In this document: positions 37,119 through 48,335 of the stretch, in pieces | Position numbering within the stretch: the first letter of the stretch is position 1 | Layout: each line of letters starts with the position of its first letter | DNA from: Mobula hypostoma | Lineage: Eukaryota | Direction of reading: 5' to 3' | NCBI RefSeq assembly: GCF_963921235.1 | Contig: NC_086108.1 | Span: forward strand, 61,072,001 to 61,136,000 | Length of the DNA stretch: 64,000 nt | Notes under the pieces: generated by a model | Databases searched by the model: none | Told to the model about the DNA's origin: nothing | The model's input: the letters and a program-made list of their open reading frames with translations, nothing else | Made by a program: the position numbers and the translations under genes

Positions 37119-40100
37119 TGAATTGGTTGGTTTTAACTTTTCTGTGCCCTATCTGGGCAGAAAAGTTTATTTTTGATTTCTTAATATGGCTGCTAAACTT
37201 TCTTTTTAACTGCGTCATTTCTTTCTTTTCCCAGGGGATTCTGGGTGGTTACTTCCCTTTTGTCATCTTACGTATTTCCTGTGTGGCCTTAAATTTTGTA
37301 GTTTTTTTAAATTTTATTCTGTTTTGCTTTTTATAATCACTTTATGTTAATAATCCTATTTTTTCTTGTTGCTGTGTCTATTCATGAGTTTGAGGTTTAT
37401 TGTGGTTTTTTTTTAATATATATTTTCCGGCTTTTGTTCTGTTCTGTGTGTATTTTAATTGAGCTAACTTTTTTTTACTTATTTTTTTACTGTTTTACAA
37501 TTAGCTGATCCTTTTCATATTTATACCTTTTTTTTAGGGAGCGTATACCGGAAGTCATGGGGGTAGTTTTAGCGCTTGCTTCTTTCTGGCGGGTCTGCTT
37601 TAGATTTTGCCTTGGGGTCTTGGGGCTGGGGGTGGTGGGAGGGGCTTCACGTTTTAGTTTGTTTCTCTTTGGGCTATATACATTATTGAAGTACTGGTTG
37701 CGTCCTTTTCCCCGGTATCTTTTGTATGTTCTGTTTCCTCTCCGGGTTTGTGGGTCGCGCCTATCGTCAATCCTCCTTGTTGTGGGTTGACTTTAGGATT
37801 TATGGAGTCTATTATTAATTTTGTCTCCTGGAATACTAATGGTCTTAATCATCCTATTAAAAGGAAAAAAGTTTTTAAAGTGTTCCGGACACTTAAAGCA
37901 CAAATTTTATTTTTACAAGAGACCCATGTACGGAGGGGGGACAGACTACGTTTTTTCAAATTCTGGAAGGGACAACAATTTCATTCGAACTCCAATGCTA
38001 AGATTCGAGGCGTCTCTATTTTTATAGATTCCTCAGTTACTTTTACACAACAGGATATTATCTCTGATCCGAATGGTAGATTTTTATTGGTTAGTGGTTT
38101 ACTATTTAATAAAAAAGTAGTTTTGGTTAATGTTTATGCTCCTAATATGGATTGTCCGGAATTTTATAAATCATTGTTTGATCAGTTTCCGAATTTGAAC
38201 GAGTTTTCATTGATTTGGGGCGGAGATCTTAATACCTGTTTGTCTCCAGCTTTGGACCGTTCGGCTCCTTTACGGACTTTACCTAATAAATCTGCAAATT
38301 TGATTAATTTTTTCCTTTCTGATTCTGGGTCGACGGACATTTGGCGTTTTCTGCATCCTCAGGAAAAAGATTTTTCCTTCTTTTCACATGTTCATCATTC
38401 CTATTCAAGAATTGATTATTTTTTCATTGATTCTCGTCTCATTCCTTCAGTGATTAAATGTGATTATGATTCTATAACCATTTCGGATCATGCTCCACTT
38501 AAGCTTTCTATTAAAATTATGGCCAATATACCAAACAATAGACAATGGCGTTTTAATTCGCTGTTGCTTCAGGACTCGGACTTTGTTAATTTTATGAATG
38601 AACAGATTGAGCTTTTTTTTACAATTAACCATACAGAAGATATTTTGGTTAACACTCTTTGGGACACTTTTAAAGCCTATATTCGGGGTCAGATTATTTC
38701 GTATTCCGTTGCTTTGAGGAAGAAACAGAAGCAGGAGGAGATGGCAATTGTGGACAAGATTAAAGAAATTGATAAGAAATATGTTATGGCTCCCTCTGAG
38801 GAGTTATACAAACAAAGAACTGAACTTCAAATGGAACACAGTTTACTACTCTCGTCCTCGATTGTAAACCAATTAAAGAAAACAAGAAGTGAATTTTATG
38901 TTCACAGTGATAAAATTGGCAAGCTGCTGGCTAATCAATTGAAATCTAATTATGTTAAATCTCAAATTAATCAGATTTATAACCAAAATGATCGATTGAT
39001 ATTGGATCATGTGGGGATTAATCAAACCTTTTGTGATTTTTATTCTTCTTTATATCAATCAGAGTCTCCTCGAGATTCTAAATATATGAATGATTTTTTA
39101 GATAAGTTAGACTTCCCTCGGATTTCACAGGATATGTCTTCTTTATTAGATACTTCCATTACAATGGATGAGATTAAGAATATTATTTTTTCTATGAATC
39201 TGGGGAAAGCTCCTGGCCCTGATGGGTTTACCGTTGAATTTTATAAATGTTTTGCTTCTTTATTGATTCCTTGGCTCTATAAGGTTTTTGAGGCTTCTTT
39301 GAAACTTGGTAAACTTCCGGAATCTTTTAATAGAGCATCAATTTCTCTAATACTAAAGAAGGATAAAGACCCTGCTCAATGTGCATCTTATAGACCAATA
39401 TCTTTATTAAATGTTGATTCTAAAGTTTTTTCTAAGTTATTAGCAAATAGACTAGAAAAAGTACTTCCTTCTATTATTTCGGAAGACCAAACGGGTTTTA
39501 TTAAAGGTCGTTACTCTTTTTATAATATTCGTACATTGTTAAATATCGTTTATACTCCCTCACAAAATGTTCCTGAGTGTGTTATTTCTTTAGATGCCGA
39601 GAAAGCTTTTGATAGAGTAGAATGGCCTTATTTATTTAAGGTGCTTGAAATGTTTAATTTTAGCTTGAAATTTATATCCTGGATTAAACTGTTATATCAC
39701 TCCCCTGTAGCCTCGGTTCGTACTAACTCTTTAAACTCACCTTTTTTTCCTCTCTTTCGTGGTACTCGACAAGGCTGTCCTCTTAGTCCCCTATTATTTG
39801 ATATTGCATTAGAACCTCTTGCAATTGCTATTCGAGAATCTTCAAATATTACTGGGATAACTCGGGGATTAAAGTCCCATAAATTATCACTCTATGCTGA
39901 TGATTTACTTTTATATATTTCTAATCCTGAGAGATCCATTCCTGCTGTTTTAGAGTTATTAGCACAATTTGGTCTTTTCTCAGGTTATAAATTAAATCTT
40001 AGTAAGAGTGAACTTTTTCCGATTAATAAACATCTTCCCTTATATTATAAATTTCCATTTAAATTGATTAATAATTACTTTTCATATCTTGGGATTAAAA

Positions 40101-41939
40101 TTACTTGTAAACATAAAGATTTATTTAAGACTAACTTTTTACCATTAATAGACCATATTACTCAACTTTCATCTAAATGGTTTCCCTTATATTTAACTTT
40201 GATTGGTCGTATTAATGCAGTTAAGATGTTTTTTTTGCCAAAATTTTTATATGTGTTTCAGGCATTACCAATTTTCGTTCCTAAATCTTTTTTTGATAAA
40301 GTTGACTCTAAAATTTCTTCATTTATTTGGCAGAATAAGAATCCGAGACTGGGTAAAATACATTTACAGAAAGCTAAGAGAGATGGAGGTTTAGCATTAC
40401 CTAACTTTAGATTTTATTATTGGGCTATTAATATTCGACATATGAAATTTTGGTTACTTGACCGGGACATACTATCTATTCCTAAGTGGGTAGCATTGGA
40501 ATTACAATCTGTTCAGGGTTATACACTTGGTTCTATTTTAGGTTCCTCTCTTCCTTTTGATTCGAAACGTCTTAAGCAGGTCTCTAACCCGATAGTTAAA
40601 TATGCTTTGCGCATTTGGTTTCAATTCAGAAAATTTTTTGATCTTAATCAATTCGGGTTAGCGATTCCTATTTTAGGTAACATATTTTTTCCTCCCTCTT
40701 TTACGGATCGCGCTTTTCAAACTTGGAAGACTAAGGGTATTTTACGGTTTTTGGATTTATTTTTAGATGGTTCCCTTATGTCTTTTGAACAATTATCTAA
40801 TAAATATAACTTATCAAGAATACATTTTTTTAGATATTTACAAGTTAGAAATTTCCTAAGTACTATACTTTCTTCCTTTCCAATGCTTCCTCCTATATAT
40901 ATTTTAGATTCGATAATTAACCTTAATCCATGTCAGAAAGGTGCATCGGCTATGATTTATAATATTATTATGAAACTTAGGAAAGCTCCATTTGATAAGA
41001 TTAGGGTAGATTGGGAACAGGAATTGGGGCTTACCATTTCTGTGGATGATTGGGGGCAGATTTTACAATTAGTTAATACTTCCTCTATTTGTGCTAAACA
41101 TTCCCTAATTCAATTTAAAGTGGTTCATAGAGCACATATGTCCAAAGATAAGTTAGCGTGTTTTTACTCGCATATTAATCCTTTCTGTGATAGATGTTCG
41201 GGGCAGATAGCCTCTTTAACTCATATGTTTTGGTCTTGCCCTACTTTGGAAACTTTTTGGAGAGATATTTTCAATATTATTTCTAAGGTATTAAATATAG
41301 ATATCTCTCCTCACCCTATTACTGCTATCTTTGGACTACCTAAAATTTCTAGTAATCTTTCCCCTTCAGCCCGTAGAATGATTGCATTTCTTACTTTAAT
41401 GGCGAAAAGATGTATTTTACAACATTGGAAAGAGCTTAATGCTCCAACTACCTTTTTTTGGTTTTCTCAGACGATTTTATGTTTGAATTTGGAGAAAATT
41501 AGAAGTAACCTTTATGATTCTTCATTTAAATTTGAACAGATTTGGGGACCTTTTATTCGATATTTTCATTTAATGTAATATTTACCCTTCTTGTTTTTTT
41601 TTCACTGTTTTTAATGGAGGTCGGGATTGAGGACGTGATTTTAAGTTTAACTCTGTTTGGTTTCAAGTTAGCCCATTGCTTTGCCTTGCTTTTAGTTAGC
41701 TGCACGGTGGGTTTTTTTTTGGGTTTTTTTTTCTTTTTTTTCCATTGATATATATAAAATTTAGTATACTATTATGTTATCTTGGTTTCTTATGCTTAAA
41801 TTACATTGTTTGTAGTATTTTCTTTTTGGTATTGTTATCTTTTGGAATTTTATTATACTTTAACATTGTATTAATGTTTATATGGCTTACCTTTTTTGTA
41901 TACTTACTCAATAAAAAGATTTAAAAAGAAAGAAAGAAA
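37119..41939 (+). mobile_element. 5'-truncated L1 (LINE-1 clade) with intact ORF2, 3'UTR, AATAAA and (AAAG)n tail; 12-bp TSD GATCATGCAATC
   Basis: TSD at 37107-37118 and 41940-41951; AATAAA at 41910-41915; antisense inside a C8B intron. Confidence 0.95.
37802..41578 (+). CDS. L1 ORF2p (APE endonuclease, reverse transcriptase, C-terminal Cys/His motif), 1258 aa from the first ATG
   Basis: Uninterrupted ORF with SWNTNGLN, LQETH, NVYAPN, GGDLN, SRIDYF, SDHAP; KAPGPDG, SLDAEKAFD, GTRQGCPLSP, YADD; CDRC...LTHMFWSC. Confidence 0.95.
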   Translation: MESIINFVSWNTNGLNHPIKRKKVFKVFRTLKAQILFLQETHVRRGDRLRFFKFWKGQQFHSNSNAKIRGVSIFIDSSVTFTQQDIISDPNGRFLLVSGLLFNKKVVLVNVYAPNMDCPEFYKSLFDQFPNLNEFSLIWGGDLNTCLSPALDRSAPLRTLPNKSANLINFFLSDSGSTDIWRFLHPQEKDFSFFSHVHHSYSRIDYFFIDSRLIPSVIKCDYDSITISDHAPLKLSIKIMANIPNNRQWRFNSLLLQDSDFVNFMNEQIELFFTINHTEDILVNTLWDTFKAYIRGQIISYSVALRKKQKQEEMAIVDKIKEIDKKYVMAPSEELYKQRTELQMEHSLLLSSSIVNQLKKTRSEFYVHSDKIGKLLANQLKSNYVKSQINQIYNQNDRLILDHVGINQTFCDFYSSLYQSESPRDSKYMNDFLDKLDFPRISQDMSSLLDTSITMDEIKNIIFSMNLGKAPGPDGFTVEFYKCFASLLIPWLYKVFEASLKLGKLPESFNRASISLILKKDKDPAQCASYRPISLLNVDSKVFSKLLANRLEKVLPSIISEDQTGFIKGRYSFYNIRTLLNIVYTPSQNVPECVISLDAEKAFDRVEWPYLFKVLEMFNFSLKFISWIKLLYHSPVASVRTNSLNSPFFPLFRGTRQGCPLSPLLFDIALEPLAIAIRESSNITGITRGLKSHKLSLYADDLLLYISNPERSIPAVLELLAQFGLFSGYKLNLSKSELFPINKHLPLYYKFPFKLINNYFSYLGIKITCKHKDLFKTNFLPLIDHITQLSSKWFPLYLTLIGRINAVKMFFLPKFLYVFQALPIFVPKSFFDKVDSKISSFIWQNKNPRLGKIHLQKAKRDGGLALPNFRFYYWAINIRHMKFWLLDRDILSIPKWVALELQSVQGYTLGSILGSSLPFDSKRLKQVSNPIVKYALRIWFQFRKFFDLNQFGLAIPILGNIFFPPSFTDRAFQTWKTKGILRFLDLFLDGSLMSFEQLSNKYNLSRIHFFRYLQVRNFLSTILSSFPMLPPIYILDSIINLNPCQKGASAMIYNIIMKLRKAPFDKIRVDWEQELGLTISVDDWGQILQLVNTSSICAKHSLIQFKVVHRAHMSKDKLACFYSHINPFCDRCSGQIASLTHMFWSCPTLETFWRDIFNIISKVLNIDISPHPITAIFGLPKISSNLSPSARRMIAFLTLMAKRCILQHWKELNAPTTFFWFSQTILCLNLEKIRSNLYDSSFKFEQIWGPFIRYFHLM

Positions 41940-42136
41940 GATCATGCAATCACTTCATCAGCAACTTTGGATCTGCCTGATTTCTGTATTTCAATATCAA
42001 ATTGCACAGTATAGTTAACAACTGAGCTACAAATAGAGCCCATCATTTATTGAGATTAATGAATGCCTTTTGAATGAACTTGATTTATATGGAGGATCTG
42101 ATATCTTTGTATGAAAATCTGTAATAGTAGAAGTAC

Positions 42137-42265
42137 CTCCTTTTACATCCAGAAGACCATCACAAGCTCCTCCTTTAACTCCAACCCCAATCATGATTCC
42201 TTCAATCGTGGCTTCTATACTAAAGCCAGCTTTGGCACAGTCTTTTGCATCATTCAACGTGTAAC
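42137..42265 (-). CDS. C8B: Complement C8 beta exon (TMH2/CH2 region)
   Basis: ttttag|GT TAC...GGA G|gtactt, 129 bp. GYTLNDAKDCAKAGFSIEATIEGIMIGVGVKGGACDGLLDVKG resembles C8B DYTLNNVHACAK... Confidence 0.93.
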
Positions 42266-42689
42266 CTAAAATTAGAGAAGGCAAAATGCTATCAGTCAAG
42301 GTTTTAATGATCAACATTAATTTTGTGAATTACAAGGCACTGAATATTATAAAAGTAATAAAGTAAGCAAAAGCAATGATGTCACAATTATCAATACATT
42401 AATGCTATCTGTATTTGCATTTATCAAACAATTTTTTTTCTGTTAGGAGCTGTTTATGTGGTCCCCCTGGATTCTAATGGAAATAGTGCTTCCATTAAAG
42501 TAACATTTTCTTCTGGGCACGACGGATAAACTGTCAGCCCTTCCCCCCAATGAATTGAAAGATTCCTCTCTAGTTTCCATCAGTGTTTTTGCCTTTCGGA
42601 AATCAATATTAAAAATAATATTTGGCTTTTATGCATCATGTTTGTGGATCCTTTTGAACCGGGATTCATTGTTCTACGTTGTCACTTCA

Positions 42690-45600
42690 TTTAATAATGC
42701 TCAGGATACATTTCCCAGGAACAGATGCACTAGTGGAATCAGCACCAAAAAGGAGTAGTTACTGTGTTATTCATACAGAGAGCTACGTTAATGGCACTGC
42801 GCCTTCCAGAGAGCACATGAGAATCTTTTTTCTCTGTCTGTAGAGCTTTTGGGGAGGCGTTGAACTAATCTGGCAGGGGGTGGGAGAGTGATAGGGCTGA
42901 GGTTGGGGCAATTCATATACAAGTCAGTGTTTTGTATTGATGATAGGGCAAAATTGCAGTCAGTGGGATGAGCTGAAGTGTAACTTGGCAGCAAAATTGA
43001 AATGGGTGTTGAATACAGGACTGAAAGTGCTATATTTGAATGTACACCATATACAGAGTAAGGTAGATTATTTTGTAGCATAGTTAGAGACTGGCAGGTT
43101 TGACGTTGTGGGCATCACTGAGTTGCGGTTGAAAGAAGATCATAGTTGGGATATTGAGATCCAAGGATACAACTTGTATCAAAAGAACGGGCAGGTAGGC
43201 TGAGTGGGTCGGATGGATCTGTTAGTTAAAAGTGAAATTAAATCCTTAGGAAGAGGTGACATAGAATTAGAAGATGTAGAATCTTTGTGGGCAGTGTTAA
43301 GAAGCTGCAAGGGTAAAAAGACACTGATGGGAGTTATATACTGGCCCCCAAACAGTAGCCAGATGTGGGATATAAATTTCGACAGGAAATAGAAAAGGCA
43401 TATAATAAGGGCACTGCTACGATAGTCATGGGGGGTTTCCATATGCAGATACATTGGGAAAATCTTAGAGAATTTTAGAGCAGCCTTTGGTTGAACCCAC
43501 TAGGGGAAAGACAATTCTGGATTTAGTGTTGTGTAATGAACCAGATATGATTAGGGACCTTAAGGTAAAGGAGCCCTCAGGAGTAAGTGATTATATTATA
43601 ATAAAATTCACCCTGCAGTTTGAGAGGGAGAAGATAAGGTCAGATGTATCAGTATTACAGTGGAGTAAAGGGAATTACAGAGGCATGAGAGAGGAATTGG
43701 ACAAAGTTGATTGCAAGGGGACAAAAGCATGGATGACAGCAGGACAGCAATGGCTGGAGTTTCTGGGGTCAATTCAGAAGGTGCAGAATAGACATATCCC
43801 ACAGATGAAGAAGTCTTCTAAAGGGAGAATGAGGCAACCATGGCTGACAAGGAAAGTGAAAGGCAGCATTAAAGCAAAAGGGAGGGCACATAATGTAGCA
43901 AAAATGATTGGGAAATTAGAGGGTTGGGAAGCTTTTAAAAAACAATAGATGACAACTAAAAAAAACTATAACATGAGAAAAGATAAAGTATGAAGGTAAA
44001 CTAGCCCATGATATCAAAGAGAATAACAGAAGTTTTTTTCAGGTATATAAAGAATAAAAGAGAGGCAAAACTGAGTATTGGACTGCTGGAAAATGACTCG
44101 GGAGACGTAGTGACGGGGAACAAAGAAATGGTGGGCAAACTTATTAAGTATTTTGCTTCAGTCTTCATTGTGGAAGACACTAGCAATATGCCAGAAATTC
44201 AAGAATGTCAGGGAGAATAAGTGGGTGTAGTTGCTATTACTGAGGAGGAGGTGTTTGGGAAGTTGAAAGATCTGAAAGTAGATAAGTCACCTGACCAGAG
44301 GGATTACACTCCAGAGTTTTGAAAGAAGTAGCTGAAAAGATTGTTGGAGGCATTAGAAATGTTCTTTCAAGAATTACTGAATACAGGAATGGTTTTGGAG
44401 GACTGGACATGTCACGCCACTCTTAAGGGGGGTGGGTGGAGTCAGAAGAAAGGAAATTATAGGCCAGTTAGCCTGATTTCAGTGGTTGAGAAAATGATGG
44501 AGTCTATTATTCAGGAAGAGGCTTTGAGGTAGTTGTAGGCCAATGTTCTTGAGGGGAAATCTTGCCTGACAAATCTGCTGGAATTTTTTGAGGGAATAAC
44601 AGGCAAGGTAGACAAAGGAGAGTCAGAGGATGCTGTTTACTTGGATATTCAGATTGCCTTTGATAAGGTGCAGCACATGAGACTGTGTAATAAGATAAGA
44701 GCCCATGGTATTATAGGAAAGATGCTAGCAGGGATAGAAGCTTTGCTGACTGGCAAGAATAAGGGGGACCTATTTTGGTTGGCTGGCAGTGATTAATGGT
44801 GTTCTGCAAGGTTTGCAATTGGGACCCTTCTTGTTACATTATGCTGTATGCTGGTGATTAGGATGAAGGAATTGATGGCCTTGTGGCCAAGTTTGCGGAC
44901 GATACAAAGGTCAGTGGAGGGGCAGTTAGTGTTGAGGAAGCAGGGAGTCTGCTGAAGGACTTGGACAGATTTGGAAAATAGGCAAAGAAGTGGTAGATGG
45001 AATATAGTGCATGGTCATGCACTTTTGTAGAAGGAATCAAGCATAAACTATTTTCTAAAGAGGAAGAAAATTCAAAAATTAGAGCTGCAAAGGGACTTGA
45101 GAGTCGTAGTGCAGGATTCCCTTAGTGTTAACTTGCAGGTTGAGTCAGTGGTAAGGAAGGCAAAGCAATGTTAGCATTCATTTCAAGAGGACCAGAATAT
45201 ACAGTTGAAGTCAGAAGTTTACATACACCTTAGCCAAATACATTTAAACTCAGTTTTTCACAATTCCTGACATTTTATTCCTAGAAAACATTCCCTGTCT
45301 TAGGTCAGTTAGGATCACTACTTTATTTTAAGAATGTGAGATGTCAGAATAATAGTAGAGAGAATGATTTATTTCAGCTTTTATTTCTTTCATCACTTTC
45401 CCAGTGGGTCAGAAGTTCACATACACTTTGTTAGTATTTGGTAGCATTGCCTTTAAATTGTTTAACTTGGGTCAAGCGTTTTGGGTAGCCTTTCACAAGC
45501 TTCTCACAGTAAGTTTCTGGAACTTTGTTCTATTCCTGGTGGGAGGGTGGGGGGTGGGGTAACTGAGTCAGGTTTGTAGGTCTCCTTGCTCGCACATGCT

Positions 45601-47585
45601 TTTTCAGTTCTACCCACAAATTTTCTATCGGATTGAGGTCAGAAAATTATGTCAAGTCTGGTTCATCCTTGGGAGCAATTTCCAAACTCCTGAAGGTACC
45701 ACGTTCATCTGTACAAACAATAGTATGCAAGTATAAACACCATGGGACCACGCAGCCATCATACCGATCAGGAAGGAGACGCATTCTGTCTCCTAGAGAT
45801 GAACGTACTTTGGCACGAAAAGAGCAAATCAATCCCAGAACAACAGCAAAGGACCTTGTGAAGATGCTGGAGGAAACAGGTAGACAAGTATCTATATCCA
45901 CAGTAAAATGAGTCCTATATTGACATAACCTGGAAGGCTGCCCAGTAAGGAAGAAGCTACTGCTCCAAAGCTGCCATAAAAAAGCCAGACTACAGTTTGC
46001 AAGTGCACATGGGGATAAAGATCTTACTTTTCGGAGAAATGTCCTCTGGTCTGATGAAACAAAAATTAAACTGTTTGGCCATAATGACCATTGTTATGTT
46101 TGGAGGAAAAAGGGTGAGGCTTGCAAGCCGAAGAACACCATCCCAACCGTGAAGCATGGGGGTGGCAGCATCATGTTGTGGAGGTGCTTTGCTGCAGGAG
46201 GAACTGGTGCAGTTCACAAAATAGATGGCATCATGAGGAAGGAAAATTATGTGAATATATTGAAGCAACATCTCAAGACATCAGCCAGGAAATTAAAGCT
46301 CGGTTGCAAATGGGTGTTCCAAATGGACAATGACCCCAAGCATACCTCCAAATTTGTGGCAAAATTGCTTAAGGACAATAAAGTCAAGGTTTTGGAGTGG
46401 CCATCACACAGCCCTGACCTCAATCCGATAGAACGTTTGTGGACAGAACTGAAAAAGCATGTGCGAGCAAGGAGGCCTACAAACCTGACTCAGTTACACC
46501 AGTTTTGTCCGGAGGAATGGAACAAAATTCCAGCAACTTACTGTAAGAAGCTTGTGGAAGGCTACCCAAAATGTTTGACCCAAGTTAAACGACTTAAAGG
46601 CAATGCTACCAAATACTAACAAAGTGTATGTAAACTTCTGACCCACTGCGAAAGTGATGAAAGAAATAAAAGCTGAAATAAAACATACTCTCTACTATTA
46701 TTCTGACATTTCACATTCTTAAAATAAAGTAGTGATCCTAACTAACCTAAGACGGAATGTTTTCTAGGATTAAATGTCAGGAATTGTGGGAAACTGAGTT
46801 TAAATGTATTTGGCTTAGGTGTATGTAAACTTCTGACTTCAACTGTAAGAGCAAGGATGTGATGCTTAGGTTTTGTAAGCTATTCGTCATAATGCACTTG
46901 GAGTATTGTGAGCAGTTTTGGCTCTCTTACTTATGAAAAGATGTATTGGCATTCGAGAGCGTCCAGAGGAGGTTCATGAGAATGATTCTGGAATGAAAGG
47001 GTTAATGTCTGAAGAGTATTTGATGGTTCTGGGCCTGTACTCACTGGAGTTTCAAGTAATGAGGGACCATGTTATATCAAATGGCCTAGAAAGAGTTAAC
47101 GTGGAAAGCATATTTCTTCTAATGGGGGAGTCTAGGACGTGAAGGCTCAGCATCAGAATTGACTCTATGGTAGAGGGACGTCCCTTTAGAACAGAGATAA
47201 GGAGGGATTTCTGTAGTCAGAGGGTGGTGAATCTGTGGAATTCATTGCCACGGAAGGCTGTGGAGGCCAAGTCATTGTATATCTTTAAAGCAGAGGTTTA
47301 TAGGTTCTTTGTTAGTCAGGGAGATAAAGGTCACTGGGAGAAAGTAGGAGAATGCGGTTGAGTGGGATAATAAATCAGCTATGATTGAATGATCCCATGA
47401 TCCAGAAGAAGACAATGGCATATCATCTCTGTAGGAAAATTTGCCAAGAACAATCATGGCTATCGGAAGACCATGATCGCCCACGTCATACGACACAGCA
47501 CATAATAAGTGAAGATCGAATGCCCAAGCACACTCATTGGGCTGAGTGGCCTAATTCTCCTCCTATGTGTTATGATCTTATGGTC
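42690..47585 (+). mobile_element. Long decayed CR1 LINE interrupted by a Tc1 element and a short RTE-like piece (~47395-47510)
   Basis: EPTRGKTILDLVLCNEP, GNYRPVSLISVV, FADDTK, FCSQRVVNLWNSLP. CR1 sequence is continuous across the Tc1 TA site. Confidence 0.85.
45202..46845 (+). mobile_element. Sleeping Beauty-like IR/DR Tc1 transposon (DD34E), inactivated
   Basis: TA|CAGTTGAAGTCAGAAGTTTACATACAC...GTGTATGTAAACTTCTGACTTCAACTG|TA with inner DRs (ccagtgggtcagaag). Transposase KSGSSLGAISK...WSDETK...MDNDPKH...SPDLNPIE...GNATKY with in-frame stops near 45909-45923. Confidence 0.95.
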
Positions 47586-47599
47586 TACAAAGTGCTAAT

Positions 47600-48335
47600 T
47601 CATCTCCTCCCTCACTACCATTCAGGGACCCATGCAGTCCTTCTAGGTGAGTCTATCGGGGTATTCTACTGTATCTGGTGCTCCCGGCGTGGCCCCCTCT
47701 ATGTTGGTGAGACCCAGTATAGATCAGGAGAAACACTTTATCTGACACCTTCGCTCCATTTGCAACAAGCAGGATTTCCCAGTGGCCAAACACTTTAATT
47801 CCACTGGCCATTCCCATTCTGTCACGTTTGTCCATGGACTCCTCTACTGCCACAACGAGGCCACTTTCAGGTTGGAGAAGCAAAACCTCATATTCTATCT
47901 GGCTGATTTCAAACCTGATTGCTTGAACATTGATTTCTTCCCCTCTCGCTACTCTATTTTTCTATTCCCCATTCAAGCTTACCTCTTACACTTTCTCTTC
48001 TCCTCACCTGCCTAATACCTCCCTCTGCTGCCCCTCCCTCCTTCCCTTTCTCCCATGGTCCACCCTCCTCTCCTTGCAGATTCTTTCTCCTTCAGCTCAT
48101 TACCTTTTCCATCTGTTACCTTCAAGCTTCTCAATTTCTCTCCCCCACCACCTGCCTTCTGCCTCACCTGGGTGTACCTATTACTTTCTAGTTTATATTC
48201 CGACCCCCCCCCAACCTTTTTCCTCTGACTTCTTCCCCCTTCTTTTCCCAGCTATGGCCCAAAATATTAACTCTTTATTCCTCTCCCTAGAAGCTGCCTG
48301 ACCTGCTGAGTTCCTCCAGCATTTTGTGTGTGTCA
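47600..48335 (+). mobile_element. Penelope-like element 3' fragment (GIY-YIG endonuclease plus terminal repeat)
   Basis: GVFYCIWCSRRGPLYVGETQ and PVAKHFNSTGHS...RLEKQNLIFYL...PDCLNIDF, followed by a pyrimidine-rich tract and gctgcctgacctgctgagttcctccagca. Confidence 0.85.

Noticed and set aside
37748..37801. N-terminal 18-aa extension of L1 ORF2 given in the ORF track
   Set aside because: It starts at a non-ATG codon. The ATG at 37802 directly precedes the conserved APE start (INFVSWNTNGLN).
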